This document shows, in pieces, positions 17,478 through 26,496 of a DNA stretch of 64,000 nucleotides; position 1 is the first letter of the stretch, and each line of letters begins with the position of its first letter. The DNA comes from a virus: IMG/VR virus record IMGVR_UViG_3300029520_000002; one strand, written 5' to 3'. The notes under the pieces were generated by a model that saw nothing but the letters and a program-made list of their open reading frames with translations, made no database searches and was not told the origin of the DNA. Made by a program: the position numbers and the translations under genes.

Positions 17478-18301
17478 AATTAGAAATATATAGAGACTCA
17501 ATGCAAAATTTCAAACGTTACATGATTCCGAAAGCTCAATTAATTATTGCTGACGTACCATATTGCATAGGAAGCAATTTCTATGGTAGTAGATGCGATT
17601 GGTATATTGGCGGAGATAATAAAAACGGTGAAAGCAAATTAGCCGGGAAAGCAGCCTTTAACTCTGACTTCAATTTCAACCTGTATGAATACTTCCACTT
17701 CTGTTCAAAGATGTTGAAGAAGGAACCTAAAAAGGCAGGGGTAAGAGGAAGAAGTTCAGACGCACCATGTATGATTGTGTTCTGTTCGTTTGAACAAATT
17801 CAAACTTTGATCAATGCGGCTGCGAAACATGGCTTTGTTCACTATATACCGCTTGTGTTTATTAAAAATTATAGCCCACAGGTGCTTAAAGCGAATATGC
17901 GTGTGGTAGGTGCTACAGAATATGCACTTGTGTTTTACAGAGATAAACTTCCAAAATTCAGAAATGGAGCGCAGACGGATGAAAACGGAAAGACTATTCG
18001 TGGAACAGGAAAGATGGTTTTTAACTGGTTCCAATGGGAAAAAGACGGAAAGGGCATTCCGAAAATTCATCCAGCGCAGAAACCAGTAACAGTTCTAAAA
18101 CGGCTGATTGAAATATTTACAGACCCTGGGGATGTGGTAATTGACCCGTGTTGTGGAAGCGGTAGCACATTGAGAGCCGCCATGGAGCTTGGTAGAAGTG
18201 CATACGGATTTGAAATTGACAGGAACTATTATAGCAGAGCAAAAAACGAAATGCTTGTTTTTGAAAACGATAGTCAAATGAGCATAGGAGATTTTATATA
18301 A
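17462..18301 (+). CDS. beta-class N6-adenine/N4-cytosine DNA methyltransferase
   Basis: Motif IV-like ADVPY near the N-terminus. HPAQKPVTVLKRLIEIFTDPGDVVIDPCCGSGST (motif I) near the C-terminus. Start is TTG 17462 or ATG 17468. Confidence 0.8.
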   Translation: MEMGLKLEIYRDSMQNFKRYMIPKAQLIIADVPYCIGSNFYGSRCDWYIGGDNKNGESKLAGKAAFNSDFNFNLYEYFHFCSKMLKKEPKKAGVRGRSSDAPCMIVFCSFEQIQTLINAAAKHGFVHYIPLVFIKNYSPQVLKANMRVVGATEYALVFYRDKLPKFRNGAQTDENGKTIRGTGKMVFNWFQWEKDGKGIPKIHPAQKPVTVLKRLIEIFTDPGDVVIDPCCGSGSTLRAAMELGRSAYGFEIDRNYYSRAKNEMLVFENDSQMSIGDFI

Positions 18302-18314
18302 GGAGCGTGATTAA

Positions 18315-18623
18315 ATGTCAGAAAATACAAACGAATGTGTAATTGAATGGATTCCAGGAAGAGATTATGTAGGGCTTACTGCTAAGAATGGAAGTTCCTG
18401 GAAGAACAGATGTGAGGAATTAGAAAAGGAATTTCCAGACGATGTGAAAATTCTTGCCAGAAATAATGATGGATCTATTTTCGCTCACTTGCCGTATTCC
18501 TACATTAAAATCAATCCACCGAGAAAATATTCCGATGAAACGAAGAAGAAAGCTGCGGAAAGATTAAATAAAATGCGTGCAGAAAAAAGTAATACTGCGG
18601 CAGAAGAGCCGTTTTACGTATGA
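18315..18623 (+). CDS. hypothetical protein
   Basis: 102 aa with SD AAGGAGCG. Confidence 0.6.
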   Translation: MSENTNECVIEWIPGRDYVGLTAKNGSSWKNRCEELEKEFPDDVKILARNNDGSIFAHLPYSYIKINPPRKYSDETKKKAAERLNKMRAEKSNTAAEEPFYV

Positions 18624-19226
18624 ATTACCGTCAGAGGAAATATAACGAGGGGCAATCTGCCACCAACGATATTTTCAAGATATTGTTGTGCAGTATTAAA
18701 AGAAACTGGATGTCCTAATAGGTATATTGCCACAGGCGTTCGCTGGGCGGAAAGTCAAAAGCGACAATCGCGATCAGAATTTGAAAAATTAGGAAGTAGT
18801 ATTAAAACAAAAGAATCCTTTTCGACGGTTATGCTTATGAATGATAACGATGCAAAACGCCGAATGACCGAACATTGTATGCAACAAAAGAAAATGGTTG
18901 TCAATCCCATAATTGATTGGAAAGATTCTGACATATGGGAGTTTATTAATTCAGAGCATATAGAAACCTGTGATTTGTACGAATGTGGATATGATCGTGT
19001 TGGCTGTATCGGCTGTCCGATGGCTGGAAATAAAAGGTACAAAGAATTTTCAGATTTTCCTAAGTACAAACAGTCTTATATTAGAGCTTTTGAAAGAATG
19101 CTAGATGTTCGAAAAGAAAAAGGATTAGAAACCCAATGGGAGACTGGAGAGGATGTATTTAGGTGGTGGATGAATGATGACAATTTAGTTGGTCAGATGG
19201 AATTATCTGATTTTATTGAGTATTAA
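18624..19226 (+). pseudogene. N-terminally truncated PAPS-reductase-family gene
   Basis: Family-like sequence (YCCAVLKE...ATGVRWAESQKR...NPIIDWKDSDIWEFI...YDRVGCIGCPMAG) begins right after the upstream stop, in the same frame. The first ATG is at 18831. The PP-loop (SGGKDS) region is absent. Confidence 0.55.
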
Positions 19227-19283
19227 AATCATGGAGGATTGCACAATAGCGTGTCAGTTGCTTACATGGGGAAAGTGAGGAAA

Positions 19284-19739
19284 ATGAAAAAGATATTAGA
19301 CGCATGTTGTGGAAGCCGAATGTTTTGGTTCGACAAAGAGAATCCAGATGTACTGTTTGCAGACAATCGAGAGGTCCACACAACGCTGTGTGACGGGAGA
19401 GAACTTCTGATAAAGCCTGATATAAATATGGATTTCAGAAATATGCCGTTTGATGACGAAACATTCAAAATTGTAGTTTTTGACCCACCACATTTGATTA
19501 ATGCAGGAAGCAGTTCATGGCTTGCTCAGAAATACGGAAAATTGCCAAAAGACAGTTGGAAAGAATATCTAAAAGCTGGTTTTGATGAATGCATGAGAGT
19601 GTTAGAAAATGATGGAATTTTAGTTTTTAAATGGAGTGATGAGCAAGTTTTATTTTCAGAAGTGCTGAAATGTTTTGGTGCTAAACCGCTTTTAGGAGAT
19701 AAACGTGGAAAGACCAGATGGGTAATTTTTATGAAGTAG
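19284..19739 (+). CDS. small SAM-dependent DNA methyltransferase (DPPH motif)
   Basis: MKKILDACCGS (motif I-like) and VVFDPPHL (motif IV-like). SD GTGAGGA. Confidence 0.7.
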   Translation: MKKILDACCGSRMFWFDKENPDVLFADNREVHTTLCDGRELLIKPDINMDFRNMPFDDETFKIVVFDPPHLINAGSSSWLAQKYGKLPKDSWKEYLKAGFDECMRVLENDGILVFKWSDEQVLFSEVLKCFGAKPLLGDKRGKTRWVIFMK

Positions 19740-19750
19740 GAGGACACAAA

Positions 19751-20002
19751 ATGTTAATCAGAAGTCAGGATAAAACAGCATTGGTAAAGTTTGAAAACAT
19801 TGTAATAAATCTAAAACTTCCAGAATCATTAAAAGTTATATGTTGGAGTTTGCAGGATGCGCAAAGAAGCGGAGGATATTTTGTTTTGGGAGAATATTCC
19901 ACCAAGGAAAAAGCCATGAAGGTACTGGATATGATTCAGGAAGCTTATGTAAATGGACATATTGATTATCAGATGCCAGCAGACGGTGAGGTGGTTGTAT
20001 GA
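19751..20002 (+). CDS. hypothetical protein
   Basis: ATG after AGGAGGA. 83 aa. Confidence 0.6.
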   Translation: MLIRSQDKTALVKFENIVINLKLPESLKVICWSLQDAQRSGGYFVLGEYSTKEKAMKVLDMIQEAYVNGHIDYQMPADGEVVV

Positions 20003-20322
20003 GTAGAGTGAGAAAGCGTCTTGAGCAGTACAAAGCAGAATTGGAAAGGCAGACCCAGTATAAGGCTGGGCTGCCGGGATCAGCTTTGGACATTGTGAAG
20101 ATTCTTCTGGCTGATATGGAGGAGGATGAAAAAGAACATGGTTGGATTCCGGTCAGTGAGAGATTACCAGAAGATGGAACATATATCACTACTTTAGACG
20201 GAGAACTTGTCGGACAGGAAGAACCATTCACAGGAATGTGTGGTATCGAAAACGGGAAGTGGGAAGATGAGGACTCCGTTATTGCATGGATGCCACTTCC
20301 AGAACCGTACAAGGAAAATTAA
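19999..20322 (+). CDS. DUF551-like protein
   Basis: GWIPVSERLPEDG...VIAWMPLPEPYKEN. Confidence 0.6.
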   Translation: MSRVRKRLEQYKAELERQTQYKAGLPGSALDIVKILLADMEEDEKEHGWIPVSERLPEDGTYITTLDGELVGQEEPFTGMCGIENGKWEDEDSVIAWMPLPEPYKEN

Positions 20323-20356
20323 GGAATTTGTAATAAATGGAAGGAGATGGAGTTGA

Positions 20357-20626
20357 TTGAAATATCCAGAAGAAATGTATATTGATAGCCAGATATTTGC
20401 AGGAGACATGGATGGTTCGGAATCCAATTTGACAGAAAAAATCGTAAAAATAAGAGCTTCTCATTTATGCTGCGTATGCGAAAAACAGATACCTAAAGGT
20501 GAAAGAATGTTAAACCAAAAAGCAATAGTAGAAGGACAAGGTTGGTGCAGCTGCTATATTTGTCTACCATGTGTTGAAAATTGGTTAGAAGAATCGGGAC
20601 AAGTGGAGGATGGTGAAAACGAATGA
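20357..20626 (+). CDS. Cys-rich zinc-binding-like protein
   Basis: CCVCEKQIP...CSCYICLPC. TTG start after AAGGAGATGGAG (alternative ATG at 20375). Confidence 0.5.
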   Translation: MKYPEEMYIDSQIFAGDMDGSESNLTEKIVKIRASHLCCVCEKQIPKGERMLNQKAIVEGQGWCSCYICLPCVENWLEESGQVEDGENE

Positions 20627-21111
20627 GAGAAATTCTTTTTAAGGCAAAACGGATTGACGATGGTAAATGGGTTGAGGGGTATTATCAGAAAAGATATGAC
20701 CTCTTAGGCAACGAAGAACATTTAATCTTCCATGCTGATAGTTATAAAGTGTGGGAATATGCCGAAGTTGACCCAGAAACCATCTGCCAGTACACAGGGC
20801 TTACCGATAAGAACGGCAATGAGATTTGGGAAAATGACATTCTAAAATTGGAGGACGAAATTTGGATGTCTTCTCATACAAGTTGTGGGACAGAATATGA
20901 TTCCTTCAAAACAGAAAATTATGGGCTTATTGGCTATGATGAAAATTTTGCTAGGTATGATTTTGTTAGGTACAAATTTGGTGAAAATTCAGTAGAAGCA
21001 GATTTACACGAAAACAATGATATTGAATTTTCGGAATTTGTAAAAGAAAACGAAAAAATTGGAAACGTTTTTGATAATCCAGAATTATTGCAGGAGGAAA
21101 AACATGAGTAA
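20623..21111 (+). CDS. YopX-family protein
   Basis: MREILFKAKRIDDGKWVEGYY...QYTGLTDKNGNEIWENDIL...IGNVFDNPELL. Confidence 0.8.
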   Translation: MREILFKAKRIDDGKWVEGYYQKRYDLLGNEEHLIFHADSYKVWEYAEVDPETICQYTGLTDKNGNEIWENDILKLEDEIWMSSHTSCGTEYDSFKTENYGLIGYDENFARYDFVRYKFGENSVEADLHENNDIEFSEFVKENEKIGNVFDNPELLQEEKHE

Positions 21112-21322
21112 ATTACGCGCAAAAACATTGAAATCTCAGCTTACCAAGCAATACAACCTTCGGCCCGGAAAACGATTTAATTACAAAGATGAAGGGGTAG
21201 ACAAACTTTATGAGGTACAGAAACTTTATCCGAATTGCATCCTCTTGAAAGATGTTTTCGATGGAACCAAGTTTTGCCCTGGTTACAACAAGCTTTTACT
21301 AATGCTGGGAGGGATTGAGTAA
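21104..21322 (+). CDS. hypothetical protein
   Basis: ATG after AGGAGGAAAA. 72 aa. Confidence 0.55.
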   Translation: MSKLRAKTLKSQLTKQYNLRPGKRFNYKDEGVDKLYEVQKLYPNCILLKDVFDGTKFCPGYNKLLLMLGGIE

Positions 21323-21517
21323 ATGAAAATTCACGGAAAGTATACCCTTGATGAAGATAAAAATGTGGTATGCACTTGTGGAGAGAAAAATCTGTTTTGG
21401 ATGGTCGCACATTTCGATTTTCCTGATAAAGCCTTAACCAACTATAAGTGCATGAATTGTGGAAACGTTATTGAAACTGTAGTAGAAAGGGAGGAAACTT
21501 GGGATGACTATGCTTAA
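21323..21517 (+). CDS. small zinc-ribbon protein
   Basis: CTCGEKN...CMNCGN. SD GGGAGGG. Confidence 0.55.
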   Translation: MKIHGKYTLDEDKNVVCTCGEKNLFWMVAHFDFPDKALTNYKCMNCGNVIETVVEREETWDDYA

Positions 21518-21665
21518 AAGAGGAAAAGATATTTCAACCATGTTCACAAAAGAAGAAAACAAGAAGAACGGACGCCTTGGATATTACAATGCTACCCGTG
21601 AGAAGGACACAATTATAAGCCCGGCACAATATGGGATGTTTTTACAGAAAAGAGGGAGAAAATAA
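21504..21665 (+). CDS. small basic protein (53 aa)
   Basis: ATG after GGGAGGAAA. Below the size cutoff of the ORF track. Confidence 0.35.
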   Translation: MTMLKRGKDISTMFTKEENKKNGRLGYYNATREKDTIISPAQYGMFLQKRGRK

Positions 21666-21676
21666 GTAAATCAGTA

Positions 21677-21949
21677 TTGACGATAGATACCCCAAAAAAA
21701 GGATGCATTTCCTGCCATCTTAGCCAGGAAAAAACTGATTACTTAAAGGTTTGCATAGTAACATGTATGATTACAAACAAAACTATATTAAGGGCGCAAG
21801 CAGAAACAATTCCCGACTGGTGTCCGCTGCGACCGTTGCCAGAGAAAATGGCAATTCCAAGAGGTGCGAGAAATGTAGATGGCTTAGAGTATGCCGCTGG
21901 TTATAACACTTGCGTGAATGAAATTACAGGAGGTAATGTTGATGATTAA
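21677..21949 (+). CDS. hypothetical Cys-rich protein
   Basis: 90-aa ORF with a TTG start and poor SD spacing. Confidence 0.35.
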   Translation: MTIDTPKKGCISCHLSQEKTDYLKVCIVTCMITNKTILRAQAETIPDWCPLRPLPEKMAIPRGARNVDGLEYAAGYNTCVNEITGGNVDD

Positions 21950-22325
21950 TCTAGCAAATAAATGCGTATTAGTCAGAACACAGGAAGAGTATGAAAGCGT
22001 TCTGAAAGAAGCAAAGAGACAGGGATACAGATGGTACGGCGGCAAAGAAGCATATCCATATCCTTTTGAAGAACAGCAGATACCGGACATATTAAAGTTT
22101 TACGAATATAACAAAGAAATGACAAGAAATGCCGAGCTTTCGCCGGGGTATGAATTAGTAGAAGCATCAGATGTAGCTATGGATGAAAAGAAGCTCAAAG
22201 AGGCAATAAGCCTCGTTAGAGCATATGCGAAAAAACCGAGCAGAATAGCACTGACAGATACGTTTATTGAGTCTTTGAAGTTACTTGCAGATACCGTAGA
22301 AAGTCAGATGGAAGAGGTGAAGTAG
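21942..22325 (+). CDS. hypothetical protein
   Basis: ATG after AGGAGGT (alternative start at 21936). Confidence 0.55.
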   Translation: MINLANKCVLVRTQEEYESVLKEAKRQGYRWYGGKEAYPYPFEEQQIPDILKFYEYNKEMTRNAELSPGYELVEASDVAMDEKKLKEAISLVRAYAKKPSRIALTDTFIESLKLLADTVESQMEEVK

Positions 22326-22844
22326 GTGGAGAGATTAACACTTGAAGAAGCTATTTCTCATGCAAAAGAAGTAGCAGAAAAGAATTACAGAGGTGCAGAT
22401 TTTGAGTCAATTGATTCTATAGACGATGATATAAAGACTAATTGTATAAAATGTGCGGAAGAACATATGCAACTTGTAAAGTGGTTGGAAGAACTGAAGT
22501 CTTATAAAAACTTAGAAGAACAGGGCTTACTTGTGAGATTGCCGTGTAAAGAAGTATATTCACGATCAGGAGATTTCGTTTATCTTATTTATGATTATGA
22601 AATTATTGAATGCGTGCATTGTGGATTGGGAATTGACCCGTTAAGCGGAAAAGCCTACATTACGCTCGCAACAGATGAAAAGTTATTCCCTTACAGAAGT
22701 CCAGACCCAGAACAAGATTTAGACCCTACTGATTGGTGTACTAATGCGACAGATGTCGAGGTAAGTGAACTTGGTAAAACCGTATTTCTCACCCGTGAAG
22801 AAGCTGAGAAGAAGTTGGAGGAGCTGGGAAATGACAAGACCTGA
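22326..22844 (+). CDS. hypothetical protein
   Basis: 172 aa, GTG start, abuts the upstream stop. Confidence 0.55.
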   Translation: MERLTLEEAISHAKEVAEKNYRGADFESIDSIDDDIKTNCIKCAEEHMQLVKWLEELKSYKNLEEQGLLVRLPCKEVYSRSGDFVYLIYDYEIIECVHCGLGIDPLSGKAYITLATDEKLFPYRSPDPEQDLDPTDWCTNATDVEVSELGKTVFLTREEAEKKLEELGNDKT

Positions 22845-23334
22845 GATTACGGCAAAATTATCAGCCATGGTTGAAAAGAAAATTAATCCGCATAATGATC
22901 CACGTATTTATTGGGCACGAGAAGTTACATTTGATTACTATACAGATCATGCAATCAGAGTGGACTACATGAAATTTGTTCCAGCAAATAATAGCGTTTC
23001 TGGAATAGAAAAAGCGGATTGCTACTGCTATGAAATTAAGTCGTCTGTTGAAGATTTCAAATCTGGACACGGGTTAAATTTCATTGGCGATTTCAACTAT
23101 TTAGTTATGCCGCAAGATGTATATGCAAAAATATCTCTGGAAATTCCGTATTCTGTAGGGGTTTACATACCAGACGGAAGTGAGCTTTCATGCATCAAGA
23201 GAGCAGTGAGGAGATACAGAACAAGACCTGTATCTGAAATTCTTCTGATGATGTTCCGGTCAGCAAATAGAGATTATAGAAAAACTGCAAGGAAATTGGA
23301 GGAGATGAAGAATGCACAGTCATCAATGGATTAA
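22831..23334 (+). CDS. putative PD-(D/E)xK-fold (MmcB-like) protein
   Basis: IRVDYMKF...CYCYEIKSSVEDFKSGHGLNF suggests a D...E.K nuclease-like core. SD GGAGGAG. Confidence 0.4.
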   Translation: MTRPEITAKLSAMVEKKINPHNDPRIYWAREVTFDYYTDHAIRVDYMKFVPANNSVSGIEKADCYCYEIKSSVEDFKSGHGLNFIGDFNYLVMPQDVYAKISLEIPYSVGVYIPDGSELSCIKRAVRRYRTRPVSEILLMMFRSANRDYRKTARKLEEMKNAQSSMD

Positions 23335-23411
23335 ATATCACTCTCGCAGAAGAGGGCATATATACAGATGTGTAATTTGTAGAAAACTTTTTGGATAGGA
23401 GATGAAGGAAA

Positions 23412-23919
23412 ATGGATAAACCTGTTCTGGACGCTACATGTGGTTCAAGAATGATTTGGTTCAACAAAAAATAATGAATTTGCTGTTTTCGTTGATAAAC
23501 GCGAACTGGATGACGAAGCAATATGGACAAGCGGAGATGGAAAAGTAACAAGGTATTGCAACATCCATCCAGATATTATAGCAGACTTCACATGCCTCCC
23601 GTTTGAAGATAATACATTTTGCCATGTTGTGTTTGACCCACCACATCTTATCCAAAGAGGAGACAATGCCTGGATGGTAAAGAAGTACGGAAAACTCAAC
23701 AAAGATACATGGAAACAAGTGTTACATGATGGTTTTTCGGAGTGTATGCGTGTGCTTAAACCTTACGGCACATTGATTTTTAAGTGGAATGAGACACAGA
23801 TTTCTGTAAAGGACGTTATTGCAGCCATTGGGGCAGAACCATTGTACGGCAATAGATCTGGCAAACAGGGAAAAACACATTGGATGGCATTTATTAAGGT
23901 GGATGAAAATGATGGATAA
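23412..23919 (+). pseudogene. paralog of the 19284 methyltransferase, frame broken at an A6 run
   Basis: MDKPVLDATCGSRMIWFNKK stops at 23472-23474. The +1 frame then continues NNEFAVFVDKRE...VVFDPPHLIQ...THWMAFIK, collinear with 19284-19739. The break is at A-run 23466-23471. Confidence 0.7.
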
Positions 23920-24439
23920 TTTAGAAAATGTTTCTGCAAGAAGTGAAAAAGAAGAAAAAATTGAAAAAGAAAAAGTAACTGATTTGGAATTGGTTTTCGA
24001 GGTTTTTGACGGAAAACCGTACTATTCGATAAAATACAAAAATGTTGGTGAAGATGATTACCGCATAGGATATAGCTCATATTCTTTTGAGATTGTCTTG
24101 GCATATAAAGAAAAATATTTCGAACTGGTAGAAGAGGAAAAATCTAGCACAGAAATAAAATACAGAATTGACAGAAAAATTATATCAAACAGTATTCAAC
24201 ATTACGGCATGGACAATCAGAGTACCGTCTGCATGGAAGAATGTGCCGAACTTATCCAGGCAATCAGTAAGGCAAAACGCGGAAAAATCAACCGTGATAA
24301 CATGATAGAAGAAATTGCAGATGTGTTGATCTGCATCGAAATGCTAAAGCAAATGTATATGATATCCGATGAGAAAATTAATAAGTGGATTGAGAAGAAA
24401 CAGGCGAGAGAAGCAGAAAGGATGGAAAAGAATGAATAA
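23909..24439 (+). CDS. MazG-like NTP pyrophosphohydrolase domain protein
   Basis: C-terminal half CMEECAELIQAISKAKRGK...MIEEIADVLICIEML fits the MazG EExxE...E..aD pattern. Confidence 0.6.
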   Translation: MMDNLENVSARSEKEEKIEKEKVTDLELVFEVFDGKPYYSIKYKNVGEDDYRIGYSSYSFEIVLAYKEKYFELVEEEKSSTEIKYRIDRKIISNSIQHYGMDNQSTVCMEECAELIQAISKAKRGKINRDNMIEEIADVLICIEMLKQMYMISDEKINKWIEKKQAREAERMEKNE

Positions 24440-25553
24440 GAAAGAAATCGCAGAGATAAAGAAGCAGTTTACGCCAGCAAATTGTTCCATTACACGTATT
24501 TGTGGTTGTTATGTGGATGCAGAAAAGAACAAGAAAACAAAAATTAAAGAAGCATTCCTGTCTCTTCCAGAGGAAGAAATGTTTAAGTATTTTGACATTT
24601 TCAAGAAAACCATGTCTGGCAGACTTGGAAAGAACCTTATGAACCTTGATTTTCCATTAGCACAGGAAAAAGAGGGTGGAACACAGGAATTTCTTATGCG
24701 GATTAGAGCGAGTAAGCTTAAAGATGATGAGCTTTTGGACGAGTTCTACGACAAAGTAATTGAAAACTATGACTATCCAGAAAATTACTACATAGTTCTC
24801 ATTCATGCAGTATATGACATTCCAGGAAAAGCTTCTGATGGAACCGAAATGCACGATGCATCAGAAGAAATTTATGAACACATTCTGTGCAGCATTTGTC
24901 CAGTAAATCTTTCAAAGGCTGGGCTTAGCTATGATGTGGCTGAAAATAACATCAAAGACAGAATTCGTGATTGGGTAGTCTCAAGACCAGAAACAGGATT
25001 CTTATTCCCTGTATTCAATGACAGAAGCACTGATATTCATGGAACCTTGTATTTCAACAAAAACATAAAGAATATTCATCCAGACTTCATCGAAAAAGTT
25101 CTTGGCACACCAATTCCACGTATACCGGGAAATGAGGGCAATGTATTTTCGGATTTTATCATGGACAATTTCGAAGGAAATACAACATTCAATTTCACGG
25201 AAAGTCTAGTTGAATCATTACAGGAAGTGAAAGAACAGAAGAAAGACAGCCCGGAGATGATAACTGTGTCATGTGACGAAATGGAACAGATTTTTGGATA
25301 TTGTGGAGTTCCAGACGAGAAGTTATCAGATTTCAAGGAAAACTGGGAAATGTATTTCAGCAATGAGCCTGTTGCCATTGACAATATCCATAATTCAAAA
25401 ACTGCAAAAATTGTAACATCAGATGCAACAATCTGCATCCAGCCAGATAAAATTGCTCTGATTGAATTGAAAGAAATAAACGGCGTTCCATCCATTGTAA
25501 TTCCGGTAAACGGAGAACTGAAAATCAATGGAATTGAAGTTGAATTGAGATAA
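24432..25553 (+). CDS. DUF4317-like protein
   Basis: MNKKEIAEIKKQFTPANCSITRICGCYVD... matches my recollection of DUF4317 N-termini in Clostridia. Confidence 0.5.
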   Translation: MNKKEIAEIKKQFTPANCSITRICGCYVDAEKNKKTKIKEAFLSLPEEEMFKYFDIFKKTMSGRLGKNLMNLDFPLAQEKEGGTQEFLMRIRASKLKDDELLDEFYDKVIENYDYPENYYIVLIHAVYDIPGKASDGTEMHDASEEIYEHILCSICPVNLSKAGLSYDVAENNIKDRIRDWVVSRPETGFLFPVFNDRSTDIHGTLYFNKNIKNIHPDFIEKVLGTPIPRIPGNEGNVFSDFIMDNFEGNTTFNFTESLVESLQEVKEQKKDSPEMITVSCDEMEQIFGYCGVPDEKLSDFKENWEMYFSNEPVAIDNIHNSKTAKIVTSDATICIQPDKIALIELKEINGVPSIVIPVNGELKINGIEVELR

Positions 25554-25575
25554 ACACTTTTGAAAAATCCAGGAA

Positions 25576-26496
25576 TTGGAGAAAGGAATTTTAGAATTGG
25601 CAAGCGATGTAAAATGGATAAAAATATGTTCAGATATTTTCGACGATGAAAAAATAATGCTGATTGAAAATTTGCCAAGTGCAGACAGCATTATCGTAAT
25701 ATGGTTCAAATTATTATGCTTAGCCGGGAAAAATAACAACAGTGGTGTTTTTATTTTAAACGATAAAATTGCATATACAGATGAAATGTTGGCAACAGTA
25801 TTTAGAAGAGACATTAATACAGTTCGATTAGCGTTAAAAACATTTGAAAACTACGGAATGATTGAAATTGTTTCCGGTGTTTACACAATTCCGAACTGGG
25901 GAAAATATCAAAATCTTGATAAAATTGAGCAAAAAAGCCAATATATGCGAAACTATATGCAAGAATATCGAAAAAAGCAGAAAGACAAAATAGAGTGTAA
26001 AACTAACAGTAAACTTTACGGTAAAGTTAACAGTAAAACTAACGTTAGCTCGGCAGAAGTATATAATAAAGAACTAGATAATAAAGAATTAGATAATAAA
26101 GAAAAAGAAATAGAAGAAGAGAATGATTTAATAGTATCTTTAGATACTATTCGTCAGACTGACGTCCAACGAATCATTGATGAATGGAATACTCTGGAAG
26201 AATTCGGCATTACTCCTGTAAAAAGAATGACACCAAAACGAGAACAGGCAGTGAAAGCTAGAATCCGTCAGAACTGTGTTGAAGATATTCTGGAAGCGAT
26301 TGAAAATATTCGACGCAGCACATTCCTACAAGGGCAAAATAAAAATGGCTGGATGGTTACGTTTGACTGGTTCTTAAAGCCTGGAAATTTCGCAAAAGTA
26401 TTTGAAGGGCAATACGCAGACAAGTCTACGAATAGACCGTGCAGCTACATGGAGAAAATTCAAAACAGGGTAAGCGAGGTAGATAATTGGGTATGA
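25576..26496 (+). CDS. phage replisome organizer
   Basis: VKWIKICSDIFDDEKIMLIENLPSADSIIVIWFKLLCLAGKNNNSG... fits the replisome-organizer N-terminal domain. TTG start is uncertain. Confidence 0.7.
   Translation: MEKGILELASDVKWIKICSDIFDDEKIMLIENLPSADSIIVIWFKLLCLAGKNNNSGVFILNDKIAYTDEMLATVFRRDINTVRLALKTFENYGMIEIVSGVYTIPNWGKYQNLDKIEQKSQYMRNYMQEYRKKQKDKIECKTNSKLYGKVNSKTNVSSAEVYNKELDNKELDNKEKEIEEENDLIVSLDTIRQTDVQRIIDEWNTLEEFGITPVKRMTPKREQAVKARIRQNCVEDILEAIENIRRSTFLQGQNKNGWMVTFDWFLKPGNFAKVFEGQYADKSTNRPCSYMEKIQNRVSEVDNWV
26063..26107 (+). repeat. three tandem 15-bp repeats inside the replisome-organizer gene (candidate origin iterons)
   Basis: ataataaagaactag / ataataaagaattag / ataataaagaaaaag, contiguous. 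Encodes NKELDNKELDNKEKE. Confidence 0.8.

Noticed and set aside
18621-18623. Read-through of TGA fusing ORF 18315-18623 to the PAPS-reductase-like frame.
   Set aside because: The frames coincide, but the upstream protein shows no PAPS-reductase N-terminal (PP-loop) features. A truncation or replacement event explains it better.
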